From: Bacillus subtilis subsp. subtilis str. 168 | Lineage (GTDB): Bacteria; Bacillota; Bacilli; Bacillales; Bacillaceae | NCBI RefSeq assembly: GCF_000009045.1 | Contig: NC_000964.3 | Span: 3,930,001-3,962,000, forward strand | Length of the DNA stretch: 32,000 nt | Direction of reading: 5' to 3' | Shown here: piece by piece, positions 1 through 9,868 of the stretch | How positions within the stretch are numbered: the first letter of the stretch is position 1 | Layout: each line of letters starts with the position of its first letter | Translations under genes and position numbers: made by a program | Notes under the pieces: model-generated | Databases searched by the model: none | The model's input: the letters and a program-made list of their open reading frames with translations, nothing else | What the model was told of the DNA's origin: nothing

Positions 1-553
1 GATTTTCCTCCGATGTCGTATAGGCTTCTTTCGATTGGGACACGACATCTCCCTCAACAGCGAGCCAGGATGTAACTAAATTGTCGATTGCGGATGACGC
101 TTCATCCAATTGTTTTTTTTCTATGAACTGTTTTGTGTCTTTCAAGCTTTGTATATAGGCTGTTAAGGACGCCCTTGATTGACCTGAGGATGTCTTTTTC
201 AGCACGACAGCCTGCTGATAGGTTTCTAAATGAGACGCAAGCTCTTCAAGCTGTGTTTTGAGCTTACGTGCGTCTTGATTGATAAAAGAAAGAGAAATCA
301 TCGCGATATTCGCGTCCATTTCACTGTGAGAAGAAAGGTTTTCTTTCTTAATAGAAGGTTCTTCTTTTTTCCACTTCGCCTTGAAGGTGTCAAACGTTTG
401 TTGTGCCGAATCCATATCCCCGTCTTTTACGGATTTGATCATTTGCTTGTTTAATTGAATTAATGCGGCGATCGGATCATCTTCCGCATGTGCCGCAGAA
501 CCGAAAACCATCAACAAGCTGAATAGAATAAGTGCCAGCCCCCGAGCCATCAT
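1..553 (-). CDS. ywbL: EfeU/YwbL-type iron permease, N-terminal part only (runs off left edge)
   Basis: Minus-strand reading from ATG at 553: MMARGLALILFSLLMVFGSAAHAEDDPIAALIQLNKQ..., signal peptide followed by an alpha-helical domain, open to the window edge; Fur-box-like site just upstream. Missing from the ORF track because it is truncated. ATG at 550 is an alternative start. Confidence 0.8.
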   Translation of the reverse strand, partial: MMARGLALILFSLLMVFGSAAHAEDDPIAALIQLNKQMIKSVKDGDMDSAQQTFDTFKAKWKKEEPSIKKENLSSHSEMDANIAMISLSFINQDARKLKTQLEELASHLETYQQAVVLKKTSSGQSRASLTAYIQSLKDTKQFIEKKQLDEASSAIDNLVTSWLAVEGDVVSQSKEAYTTSEEN

Positions 554-567
554 GTTCCTCCTATAAT

Positions 568-582
568 TGAAAATGATTATCA
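568..582. promoter_or_regulatory. Fur box (7-1-7 inverted repeat)
   Basis: TGAAAATGATTATCA, one mismatch to TGATAATNATTATCA, just upstream of the efeU/ywbL start. Confidence 0.8.
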
Positions 583-658
583 TTGTATAACATAATCATA
601 GCCAGTTCCTGTCCTTTGTCAATTAAAATTTGAAGGTCTGAAAACCTTGATGGACAGC

Positions 659-689
659 AAAAAAGCTGTCCTTTTACAGAACAGCCCTT
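659..689 (-). terminator. Probable terminator after thiE
   Basis: Minus strand GGGCTGTTCTGTAAAAGGACAGCTTTTTT: imperfect stem then T-run. Confidence 0.6.
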
Positions 690-706
690 TGAAGGAAAAT
701 GAACGA

Positions 707-2190
<1,484 letters not shown>

Positions 2191-2197
2191 ATTTGCA

Positions 2198-3103
2198 TCA
2201 TCCTTTACTATCTTTTTTCGGGTCCCATAAATACGATTTCGTATGTTCGAGCCAAGCTCTGGCGGCAAACGACAAGTACCTGTCCTTTCTCCAAATAATG
2301 GCGAGGTGCCAAGGGATGACCGGATCGACAAGCGGAATGACTTTCACTTTTTCCGGGTCAAGGCCGCGGCAGATCCGTTCCGGCAAAAGCCCGATCCCAA
2401 GGTTGGCGGATACCATCTCACTAATAAAATCCCATTGTGATGTTTCATAAATGATATGGGGCCGGAACCCAGCCTTGATACATTCCGTCATAATTCGGTT
2501 GTGCAGGACAAAATCCTCTCTGAAGAAAATAAAAGGCTCGTCCTTCAACTCACGCAGCTGACATTCTTTCTCATCAGCCAGCCGGTGGGAAGGGTGAACG
2601 ACAAGCATTAAGGTTTCTTTTACGATTGTAAACGAATGAAAGATATCTTCGTTTGCGGGAAGGACCACAACGCCGATATCAAGAGAGCCGTCCCCGACAC
2701 CTTCTTGGACTTTTATAGAACCGTCTTCGACTAGCTGAAAGGTGACATTCGGATAGTTTTCACGGAAATCGCCGAGCACTCTGGGGAAAAACCCCGATCC
2801 GATCATCGGCGGCAGTCCAATCCGTACGTGCCCTTTCTTGACTTCCATAATATCATTTAATTCTGACGTCAGGTTTTGAAATGATTTAATGATTTCCTGC
2901 GCCTGCACATACATGCTATGACCGGCATCAGTCAGTTCCACCTGCCTGCCGTTTCGGTAAAACAGTTCAATTCCGAGCTCTTCTTCTAAATTTTTGATCA
3001 TTTTTGATATCGTCGGCTGAGAAACATAAAGGGATTGGGAAGCCTTCGTAAAACTTTTTAAACGGGCGACTTCCAAGAAATATGTTAAATGGCGGATATC
3101 CAT
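2198..3103 (-). CDS. ywbI: LysR-family transcriptional regulator
   Basis: N-terminal [53 protein letters not shown]; divergent from the cidA-like gene. Confidence 0.93.
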   Translation of the reverse strand: MDIRHLTYFLEVARLKSFTKASQSLYVSQPTISKMIKNLEEELGIELFYRNGRQVELTDAGHSMYVQAQEIIKSFQNLTSELNDIMEVKKGHVRIGLPPMIGSGFFPRVLGDFRENYPNVTFQLVEDGSIKVQEGVGDGSLDIGVVVLPANEDIFHSFTIVKETLMLVVHPSHRLADEKECQLRELKDEPFIFFREDFVLHNRIMTECIKAGFRPHIIYETSQWDFISEMVSANLGIGLLPERICRGLDPEKVKVIPLVDPVIPWHLAIIWRKDRYLSFAARAWLEHTKSYLWDPKKDSKG

Positions 3104-3208
3104 GCGCTTCACCCTTTCTATAGACAAAAGGAATACTTCTTATTCTTAATATATATTTTACCTATAGAGAGACCTTATGTACAATAAGTATATAAGGGAG
3201 GCATCAAT

Positions 3209-3595
3209 ATGAAAAAACTGTTGCTAACCGTTATTCAAATCGCTCTGTTATTTATATTTGCTCGGCTGATTAATTGGGTGACAGCCCTTCTTCATATAAA
3301 TATTCCCGGCAGTATAATAGGGATTGTGATTCTTTTCACATTATTGCACTTTAACATTATCAAGCTTGAATGGATCGAGCTTGGTGCAGCGTGGCTTCTC
3401 GGGGAGCTGCTTTTATTTTTTATCCCGTCTGCCGTCGGAGTGATTGAATACGGAGACATTATGTCGAAATTTGGTGTCAGCATTCTGCTTGTTGTCATCA
3501 TCAGCACGTTTGTCGTGATGGTGTCTACAGGAACGCTTACACAACTCATCGCAAAGAGAAAGGAGAAAAAGCATACGTGTTCATCGGAATTGTAA
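3209..3595 (+). CDS. cidA: Holin-like protein CidA
   Basis: 128 aa with four hydrophobic segments, LrgA/CidA family signature (NIPGSIIGIVILF...WIELGAAWLLGELLLFFIPSAVGVI). Known as ywbH. Confidence 0.92.
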   Translation: MKKLLLTVIQIALLFIFARLINWVTALLHINIPGSIIGIVILFTLLHFNIIKLEWIELGAAWLLGELLLFFIPSAVGVIEYGDIMSKFGVSILLVVIISTFVVMVSTGTLTQLIAKRKEKKHTCSSEL

Positions 3596-4254
3596 GTTTG
3601 TTTTTAACGGTTTTGGTGTATTTAGGAGCAAAAAAGGTATATCAACGCTTTCCGCGTGTTTATACGTCGCCGCTATTGGTGACGCCCGCTGTATTAGTCG
3701 GTCTGCTGCTGCTGGTGAATGTCCCGTACGAGTCCTATAATCTCGGCGGCGGATTGCTGACCGATATGCTACAGCCGGCCACCGTGGCATTCGCGATCCC
3801 GTTATATAAATATTTCCCTGTTTTAAAGAAATACGCAGTGGAAATTATTTTGAATGTGGCCGTCGGTTCATGCATCGCGATTATTTCTACCGCTCTTATT
3901 GCGAAATGGCTTCACCTCGGCACCGGCTTAATTGACAGCCTCGTCCCAAGATCAGTGACAACGCCGATCGCGATGAACGTATCTGAAATGATCGGCGGTA
4001 TGCCTGCCGTCACAGCCGTGTTTGTGATTTTAACCGCTTTGCTCGGCACAGTGATCGGCCCGATGGTCATCCGTTATTTCCGCATTGATAACGAAATTGC
4101 GCGGGGCGTGCTGCTTGGCACAAGCGCGCACGGAGCGGGAACGTCAAAGGCATTTGAGCTCAGCTCTGTGTCCGGCACGATTTCCAGCGTGTCGATGATC
4201 TTAGCTGCGATTATGACGCTTTGCGCGGCGCCGTTTTTGCTTTCATTTATGTAA
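3577..4254 (+). CDS. cidB: CidB/LrgB-family membrane protein
   Basis: 225 aa polytopic protein overlapping cidA; LrgB motifs (LLGTSAHGAGTSKA). Known as ywbG. Confidence 0.92.
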   Translation: MFIGIVSLFLTVLVYLGAKKVYQRFPRVYTSPLLVTPAVLVGLLLLVNVPYESYNLGGGLLTDMLQPATVAFAIPLYKYFPVLKKYAVEIILNVAVGSCIAIISTALIAKWLHLGTGLIDSLVPRSVTTPIAMNVSEMIGGMPAVTAVFVILTALLGTVIGPMVIRYFRIDNEIARGVLLGTSAHGAGTSKAFELSSVSGTISSVSMILAAIMTLCAAPFLLSFM

Positions 4255-4257
4255 AAA

Positions 4258-4284
4258 ACTGTCCTCTCGAGGGCAGTTTTTTTT
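4258..4284 (+). terminator. Rho-independent terminator after ywbG
   Basis: ACTGTCCTCTCGAGGGCAGTTTTTTTT: stem-loop plus T-run. Confidence 0.8.
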
Positions 4285-4357
4285 ATGTGCTTCCCCTTAT
4301 TGAAAAGCTGGCGAATTCCAATATAATGTATTTGTGGATACCAAAGGAGGCACCCTG

Positions 4358-5557
4358 ATGCACAACTTGCAGGTGAGGCGGCATTATGCCGCGTTAAAAG
4401 GATTTTATTTGTTTGCTTTTCTCGGTACGGGCAGCATAATTCCCTTACTCAGTATGTATTTAACGAAGGAACAGCATTTAAGCGGATCACAGGTCGGCTT
4501 GATCATGTCACTGGGCCCGATTGTGATGATTTTCTTTCAGCCGTTTTGGGGCATGCTGAGCGACTATACGCAAAAAACGAAAGGCCTGCTGGCGGTTTGC
4601 ACATCAATCACAGGCATCATTGGATTAGCCTATATTGCATTTGACAGTTTCCCTCTGTTTATTTTGATTGCGGCCTGTTTTGCAGCCTTTCAAAGCACGA
4701 TTATTCCACTTTCGGACAGCATTTCACTAAGGTACACACAAGAAACAAACGGCAACTACGGCGGAATCCGCCTGTTTGGTTCTCTCGGCTTCGGTGTCGC
4801 GGTGTTTGCCATGGGACAGGTGACGAACCAGCTGTACCCCATTCACGTGATCTTTATCTTTGGCTGTGCCTTTCTGTGCATTGCTGCCATATTGGCTTCA
4901 CAAGTGCCCGGCCAGCAGAAAACAACAAAGGTCAATATCCGCAAAGGATTCCGGGAGCTTATCAGCAACAAAACTTTCCTCATCTTTATGATCATCACCT
5001 TTACGACATTTGCTCCAAACTTAGCGAACAATACGTATTTCAGTCTTTTTCTGGACAAAAGCGGCGCGTCACTTTCCGCTATCGGCATTTTATTTTTCAT
5101 CGGTGTCATTTCAGAAATTCCATTTATGAGATTCGCCCAAACATTTATAGATAAAATGGGGCTGCTCAACGTCATTATGCTGTCAGGCGGAGTCTCATTA
5201 TTCAGGTGGGCGCTCTATTTCACGGCGCCTTCACTATGGATCATTTATGCGACGGTCTTTCTTCAGGGAGTGGCCATCGGTTTATTTATCCCGGCGGCGC
5301 TTCAATATGTGAAAAAGATTACCCCAAGACACGTTGAAGCGACGGCGCTGACCATGTACGCCGCCATTGGCAACGGGTTCGGCAACTGGTTCTGCACATT
5401 TGCAGGCGGGTACATTTTTGACTACGTGTCGATCTTCGCAGTCTACTTGCTTTTTGGCATTCTGAGCATAGCAGGCTTTGGCCTGACATTATATTTAATG
5501 AAGGCTGAAAAAAACAAACATACACTTCATCAGCCGGCTGTTACTTTTAAACCATAA
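4358..5557 (+). CDS. ywbF: MFS transporter (MFS_1-like/LacY-type, unknown substrate)
   Basis: 399 aa, 12-TM pattern; start ATG at 4358 preceded by AAAGGAGG. Confidence 0.9.
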   Translation: MHNLQVRRHYAALKGFYLFAFLGTGSIIPLLSMYLTKEQHLSGSQVGLIMSLGPIVMIFFQPFWGMLSDYTQKTKGLLAVCTSITGIIGLAYIAFDSFPLFILIAACFAAFQSTIIPLSDSISLRYTQETNGNYGGIRLFGSLGFGVAVFAMGQVTNQLYPIHVIFIFGCAFLCIAAILASQVPGQQKTTKVNIRKGFRELISNKTFLIFMIITFTTFAPNLANNTYFSLFLDKSGASLSAIGILFFIGVISEIPFMRFAQTFIDKMGLLNVIMLSGGVSLFRWALYFTAPSLWIIYATVFLQGVAIGLFIPAALQYVKKITPRHVEATALTMYAAIGNGFGNWFCTFAGGYIFDYVSIFAVYLLFGILSIAGFGLTLYLMKAEKNKHTLHQPAVTFKP

Positions 5558-5590
5558 TGACTATAATGAACAAAAGAAAGGATGTGCGTT

Positions 5591-5788
5591 ATGAACGGGC
5601 AAGAGCGAAACAGCATTTCGAAAGGGTTGCAGGTTGATATTGTATTGAAAGCAGATCAAAAAACAGGAAAACTGACGAGAGGGACAGTGAAGGATATTTT
5701 GACGAAATCAAACTTTCATCCGCATGGCATTAAAGTCCGTCTTGAAGATGGCCGCATCGGCCGCGACCAGCAGATCGTTTCTACATAA
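5591..5788 (+). CDS. ywbE: Small YwbE-family protein of unknown function
   Basis: MNGQERNSISKGLQVDIVLKADQKTGKLTRGTVKDILTKSNFHPHGIKVRLEDGRIGRDQQIVST; RBS-like AAGAAAGGA upstream; terminator directly after. Confidence 0.88.
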   Translation: MNGQERNSISKGLQVDIVLKADQKTGKLTRGTVKDILTKSNFHPHGIKVRLEDGRIGRDQQIVST

Positions 5789-5790
5789 AA

Positions 5791-5820
5791 AAAAGCTGCC
5801 CCTGAACAGGGCAGCTTTTT
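5791..5820. terminator. Bidirectional terminator between ywbE and ywbD
   Basis: AAGCTGCCC-CTGAACA-GGGCAGCTT flanked by A-run and T-run between convergent genes. Confidence 0.85.
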
Positions 5821-5823
5821 CAT

Positions 5824-7014
5824 TTATTTTTTCTGCAGAAGGACCACTTTCAGGTAGTTGCCTTCCGGAAATGCCGAAATCGTTTTGAAATCCTCCGGCA
5901 GCGTAAATTCCTCAATGATCGTGTAGCGTTCATTTGTTTCTTTAAAGGCGGCATCAATAAAGCCTTTGAACTTCTTCATGCCAAAGGCGCTGCTGTTTGT
6001 AGAGGCAACAATGACACCCTTGTCAGCAGTGATGGCGATCGTTTCCTTCAGCAGGTTTTTATAATCCTTGGCCGCGCTGAAGGTGCGTTTTTTTGTGCGC
6101 GCAAAGGAAGGCGGATCTAGAATAATCAGATCAAAGCGCAAATCCTTTTTTGCAGCATATGAAAAATAGTTAAAAACGTCCATCACTTTAATGTCGTGCG
6201 CTTCGTAATCCAGCTTGTTCACGCTGAATTGCTCGATCGTTTTGGCAAGACTTCGATTTGCCACGTCGACGCTTGTTGTTTTCTCCGCTCCGCCAAGCGC
6301 CGCCGCCACGGAGAATGCACCCGTATAAGAAAACGTATTTAAAACGGTTTTCCCTTTTGCATAGCGGTCTCTGATCGCCTTGCGCACATGTCTCTGATCC
6401 AAAAAGATGCCCGTCATGGCGCCTTCATTCAGATCCACCGCGTATTGAATGCCATTCTCTTGGATGATGATCGGGAACTCGCCCCTTCTCCCTTTCACGA
6501 AGTCATCATCTTCAACGTATTGTCCAGCCGTGTCGAAGCGTTTCTTCTCGTAAATCGCTTTATAATCAAGATCCATCTCATCCAATGCGGAAATCAGCAT
6601 GTCTTTAAAGGTGTAAATTCCCTTGCTGTACCATTGAATCAGCAGGTAGCCGTCATAATAGTCGATGGTGACGCCGCCGACACCGTCACCCTCACCGTTG
6701 AACAGGCGGAAAGCTGTTGTATCTTGAGCCTCAAATAGTTTGGCGCGCGCTTGGGCCGCTTTTGTTAATTTGCTGAGAAAAAATGCTTGGTCAATCTGTT
6801 CATGTTTATTGCGGGTAAGCGTCCAGCCAACCCCTTTGTTTTGCAGGCCGTAATAGCCCCGCGCGAGAAACTCGCCGCCGCTCTCAGACACGATATCAAC
6901 GAGGTCTCCTTCTTTCATGTGCCCCGCACTCCCTGCGAGAGCTTCTTTTTCAATAAGGGGATAGCCTTTTTTTATTTTGGCAGCGTGTGCTTTTTTTAGG
7001 GTGAGTAGCTTCAT
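5824..7014 (-). CDS. ywbD: Class I SAM-dependent rRNA methyltransferase (RlmI/RlmK-type, PUA domain)
   Basis: 396 aa; N-terminal PUA-like region, TVLNTFSYTGAFSVAAALGGA, DLIILDPPSFARTKK. Confidence 0.9.
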   Translation of the reverse strand: MKLLTLKKAHAAKIKKGYPLIEKEALAGSAGHMKEGDLVDIVSESGGEFLARGYYGLQNKGVGWTLTRNKHEQIDQAFFLSKLTKAAQARAKLFEAQDTTAFRLFNGEGDGVGGVTIDYYDGYLLIQWYSKGIYTFKDMLISALDEMDLDYKAIYEKKRFDTAGQYVEDDDFVKGRRGEFPIIIQENGIQYAVDLNEGAMTGIFLDQRHVRKAIRDRYAKGKTVLNTFSYTGAFSVAAALGGAEKTTSVDVANRSLAKTIEQFSVNKLDYEAHDIKVMDVFNYFSYAAKKDLRFDLIILDPPSFARTKKRTFSAAKDYKNLLKETIAITADKGVIVASTNSSAFGMKKFKGFIDAAFKETNERYTIIEEFTLPEDFKTISAFPEGNYLKVVLLQKK

Positions 7015-7134
7015 ATATGTCGTCCTCTTTCCGTTTGCTTTCTCTTATGGTACCACAAAACGCCAAGATGTCTGCATTGACAGAAAGGAAAGGTTTTTCT
7101 ACGATAGACAAAAAGAGTTACGAGGAGGAGCAGC

Positions 7135-7515
7135 ATGGCAAAACGAATTGACCATACAGGCATCATGGTAAGAGATATTAACGCGTCCATCACATTTTAT
7201 GAAGAGGTACTAGGCATGAAATTGAAGGATCGCATCACTCACACGAACGGTGTAATCGAGCTTGCTTTTCTTGGCTTTGAAGACGGCCCGGAAACAGAAA
7301 TTGAACTGATTCAAGGCTACAGCAGCGAGCTTCCCGCTGAAGGAAAAGTGCACCACATTGCCCTGCTGACGGATGACATCGCGGCTGAATATACAAAAGC
7401 GGAAAAAATGAACGCAAAATTTATCGACGAGGAGATCACAACACTTCCAAACGGATACCGTTATTTCTATATCGAAGGCCCTGACGGTGAGTGGATTGAG
7501 TTCTTTCAGCGGTAA
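7135..7515 (+). CDS. ywbC: Glyoxalase/VOC family protein (lactoylglutathione lyase-like)
   Basis: 126 aa: RIDHTGIMVRDINASITFYEEVLGMKL...YFYIEGPDGEWIEFFQR; strong AGGAGG RBS. Confidence 0.9.
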   Translation: MAKRIDHTGIMVRDINASITFYEEVLGMKLKDRITHTNGVIELAFLGFEDGPETEIELIQGYSSELPAEGKVHHIALLTDDIAAEYTKAEKMNAKFIDEEITTLPNGYRYFYIEGPDGEWIEFFQR

Positions 7516-7519
7516 AAAT

Positions 7520-7554
7520 AAAGAACGTACATTTTGTGATGTACGTTCTTTTTT
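7520..7554. terminator. Bidirectional terminator between ywbC and ywbB
   Basis: AAAGAACGTAC-attttgtgat-GTACGTTCTTTTTT. Confidence 0.85.
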
Positions 7555-8230
7555 ATCTATACCAACTGATATACGTTGACTCATCGCAAATCATAGCTTC
7601 CCAGCCCATACGCTCAACCAATTCATGGATGTTTTTATCTTTGGCTAAAAAGACATTAATGAATGAGTCATATACACTCATAAACACAAAATCCATTTTC
7701 TCATCAGTTAAAACGAGCTCTGTTGCGGCTTCATCAAGAACCGTCCGCAAGTTGGCTTCAGTTATGTCCAAAACGCCGCGGTTTTCCACAATCGGTTCTG
7801 CGTAATAAAACCGATTGGATCCGTTCGCACCTAATACCTTTACCAAACTCGGAATATGAAAATTTGAAATATGATCCTCACTGGGATAATAGAGGTCTCC
7901 ATTTATGTTTTCATGTAACACCTCAGCCAAATCCTCTCTCGCGAACTCGTCCCTTAAAGCGCCTATCGACGTCATTAAAGCCAGCGCCAGCTCAGCATGT
8001 GTTTGAAAGCCGCAAGAAGACATAACCTTCTTCCAGGAAACAGCCTTGCCTATTCCTCTTATTTCATTATCGTTTGGATAAATATGTTCATAATCATTTT
8101 TTCTTTTTGCATTCTCCCATCCTTCAGGCATTTGGATAAAAGGAGAAAAGATAAGAGCAGCAGATGAGTATTCAACTGGTACTTGTTGTAAGATTGGTGA
8201 TTCGTCATCTAACCATATATAATCTAGCAT
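7553..8230 (-). CDS. ywbB: Conserved protein of unknown function
   Basis: 225 aa starting MLDYIWLDDESPILQQVPVEYSSAALIFSPFIQMPEGW; AAAGGAGGTGCGC RBS before ATG at 8230. Confidence 0.85.
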   Translation of the reverse strand: MLDYIWLDDESPILQQVPVEYSSAALIFSPFIQMPEGWENAKRKNDYEHIYPNDNEIRGIGKAVSWKKVMSSCGFQTHAELALALMTSIGALRDEFAREDLAEVLHENINGDLYYPSEDHISNFHIPSLVKVLGANGSNRFYYAEPIVENRGVLDITEANLRTVLDEAATELVLTDEKMDFVFMSVYDSFINVFLAKDKNIHELVERMGWEAMICDESTYISWYR

Positions 8231-8306
8231 GCGCACCTCCTTTACATATTCTAACATTCCTTTCGTTTGAAAGAGATGATCAGCCCTATGACAGGCTGAT
8301 CATCTA

Positions 8307-9641
8307 TCACATCACATTTTTATCCCCAGATTCAACCGCACTCTCTTCCCGCCATTTTTGATGATCCCATATTCTGAAAAACGGATAGTAGATAGCACAG
8401 GTGATCAGCAGATTTACCAGCTGCATAACTGCGCCCGACACCTTTCCGCCTGTCGCCAGGTAACCTGATATGAGCGGCGGCATCGTCCATGGCACCGCGA
8501 TTCCGGCCGGTCTTGCCACCAGCCCGGTGCTCATGCCGATATAAGTCGCGGTAATCGTGAGGAGCGGTGCGATGATAAATGGGACAATAAGGAGGGGATT
8601 CATGACAATCGGCATGCCGAAAATGATCGGCTCGTTGATATTAAATAGCGCAGGGCCGATTCCTAATCGTCCAAGCTGCTTCATTTGTTTGCTGCGGGAG
8701 CGCACAAGCATCGTCAGGACAAGCGCCAGCGTCGCCCCGCTTCCGCCGACATTGATCCAAATTTGAAAAAACTGAGTCGTAAAAATACTCGGCAGCGCCT
8801 CGCCTGCTTGGAAGGCGAGACGGTTGGCATCCATCGCGCCGTACCAAATCGGCGCCATGATTCCGCCAATGATGGAAGCCCCGTGAATCCCGCACGACCA
8901 AAGCAGCATCTGCACAAATTCAGCGATCAGGCTTCCGCCGAGACTGCCGCCAAGGATGGAAAGCGGTGTGCCAAGCAGGTCTCCTACGACATTGTGCAGA
9001 CTCTGAAAAGGTGTCATTTCAATCAGAAGACGCGCCAGCCATACGAGAAGCACAATGATAAAGCCGGGAATCAGCGCGACAAATGATTTGCTTACCGCAG
9101 GCGGCACACCGTCTGGCATTTTGAAGACGATATTTTTTTGAATAATGTACCGATAGATTTCGGTTGAAAACAAGGCGATCAGCATGGCGACAAATAAGCC
9201 CTTGCTGCCGAGCAGCGTGATCGGGATTCCGCCCCCTACCATGATGGACTCCGTTGAGCCATGCGGTGTAAACGGCACCTCAAACGGTGTTGCCAGCAGA
9301 AATGCGGCAATTGAAATCGCTCCGGCAGAAAGGGCATCGACACCATAGCTTTCTGCCAGCCGATAGGCGATCCCAAAAGCGGCAATCATCGCCATAATAT
9401 CAAACGAAGCGTTAACAGGATATCCGAGCTTATCGGCCCACTCGTTCCCAAACACACTCGCCATGAAATCAGCATACCCCGGAATCGGCAAGCTCGTTAA
9501 AATCAAGAAGACAGACCCGATAATAATCAGCGGCATGGTCAGGATAATTCCGTCACGCAAAGCGCTGAGATGCCGCTGCCCGGCAATTTTCCCGGCGACA
9601 GGCATTATTTTTTCCTCCATCACCCGAGTGAATGTGCTCAT
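8307..9641 (-). CDS. ywbA: PTS lactose/cellobiose-type EIIC permease
   Basis: 444 aa; EIIC motifs (LNPIE-type FNINEPIIFGMPIVMNP); strongly similar by eye to LicC at 30192..31550. Confidence 0.92.
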   Translation of the reverse strand: MSTFTRVMEEKIMPVAGKIAGQRHLSALRDGIILTMPLIIIGSVFLILTSLPIPGYADFMASVFGNEWADKLGYPVNASFDIMAMIAAFGIAYRLAESYGVDALSAGAISIAAFLLATPFEVPFTPHGSTESIMVGGGIPITLLGSKGLFVAMLIALFSTEIYRYIIQKNIVFKMPDGVPPAVSKSFVALIPGFIIVLLVWLARLLIEMTPFQSLHNVVGDLLGTPLSILGGSLGGSLIAEFVQMLLWSCGIHGASIIGGIMAPIWYGAMDANRLAFQAGEALPSIFTTQFFQIWINVGGSGATLALVLTMLVRSRSKQMKQLGRLGIGPALFNINEPIIFGMPIVMNPLLIVPFIIAPLLTITATYIGMSTGLVARPAGIAVPWTMPPLISGYLATGGKVSGAVMQLVNLLITCAIYYPFFRIWDHQKWREESAVESGDKNVM

Positions 9642-9705
9642 CTTAAAAACCCCCTTTTCTCATTGCTTTGTGAACAACCTCCGCAATGTTTTCTTTATCT
9701 TATTT

Positions 9706-9719
9706 TGAAAACGCTTACA
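9706..9719. promoter_or_regulatory. CcpA catabolite-responsive element (cre) upstream of ywbA
   Basis: TGAAAACGCTTACA matches the cre consensus TGWAANCGNTNWCA. Confidence 0.8.
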
Positions 9720-9826
9720 AATTCATTTGGAAAATTTCCTCTTCATGCGGAAAAAATCTGCATTTTGCTAAACAACCCTGCCCATGAAAAATTTTTTCCT
9801 TCTTACTATTAATCTCTCTTTTTTTC

Positions 9827-9834
9827 TCCGATAT
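9827..9834 (+). promoter_or_regulatory. Candidate SigD -10 element for epr
   Basis: TCCGATAT, one mismatch to GCCGATAT; weak TTAA -35-like sequence at 9809-9812 with 14 nt spacing. epr is known to be SigD-dependent. Confidence 0.5.
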
Positions 9835-9868
9835 ATATATCAAACATCATAGAAAAAGGAGATGAATC

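Noticed and set aside
2191-2331. 47-codon N-terminal extension of the thiM track ORF
   Set aside because: Overlaps the 3' end of ywbI; known ThiM proteins begin near MDAQSAAKC and the extension shows no domain similarity.
3209-4254. cidA/cidB-like pair as a phage lysis cassette
   Set aside because: Gene pair with divergent LysR regulator matches the chromosomal CidAB/LrgAB family; no endolysin or phage genes nearby.
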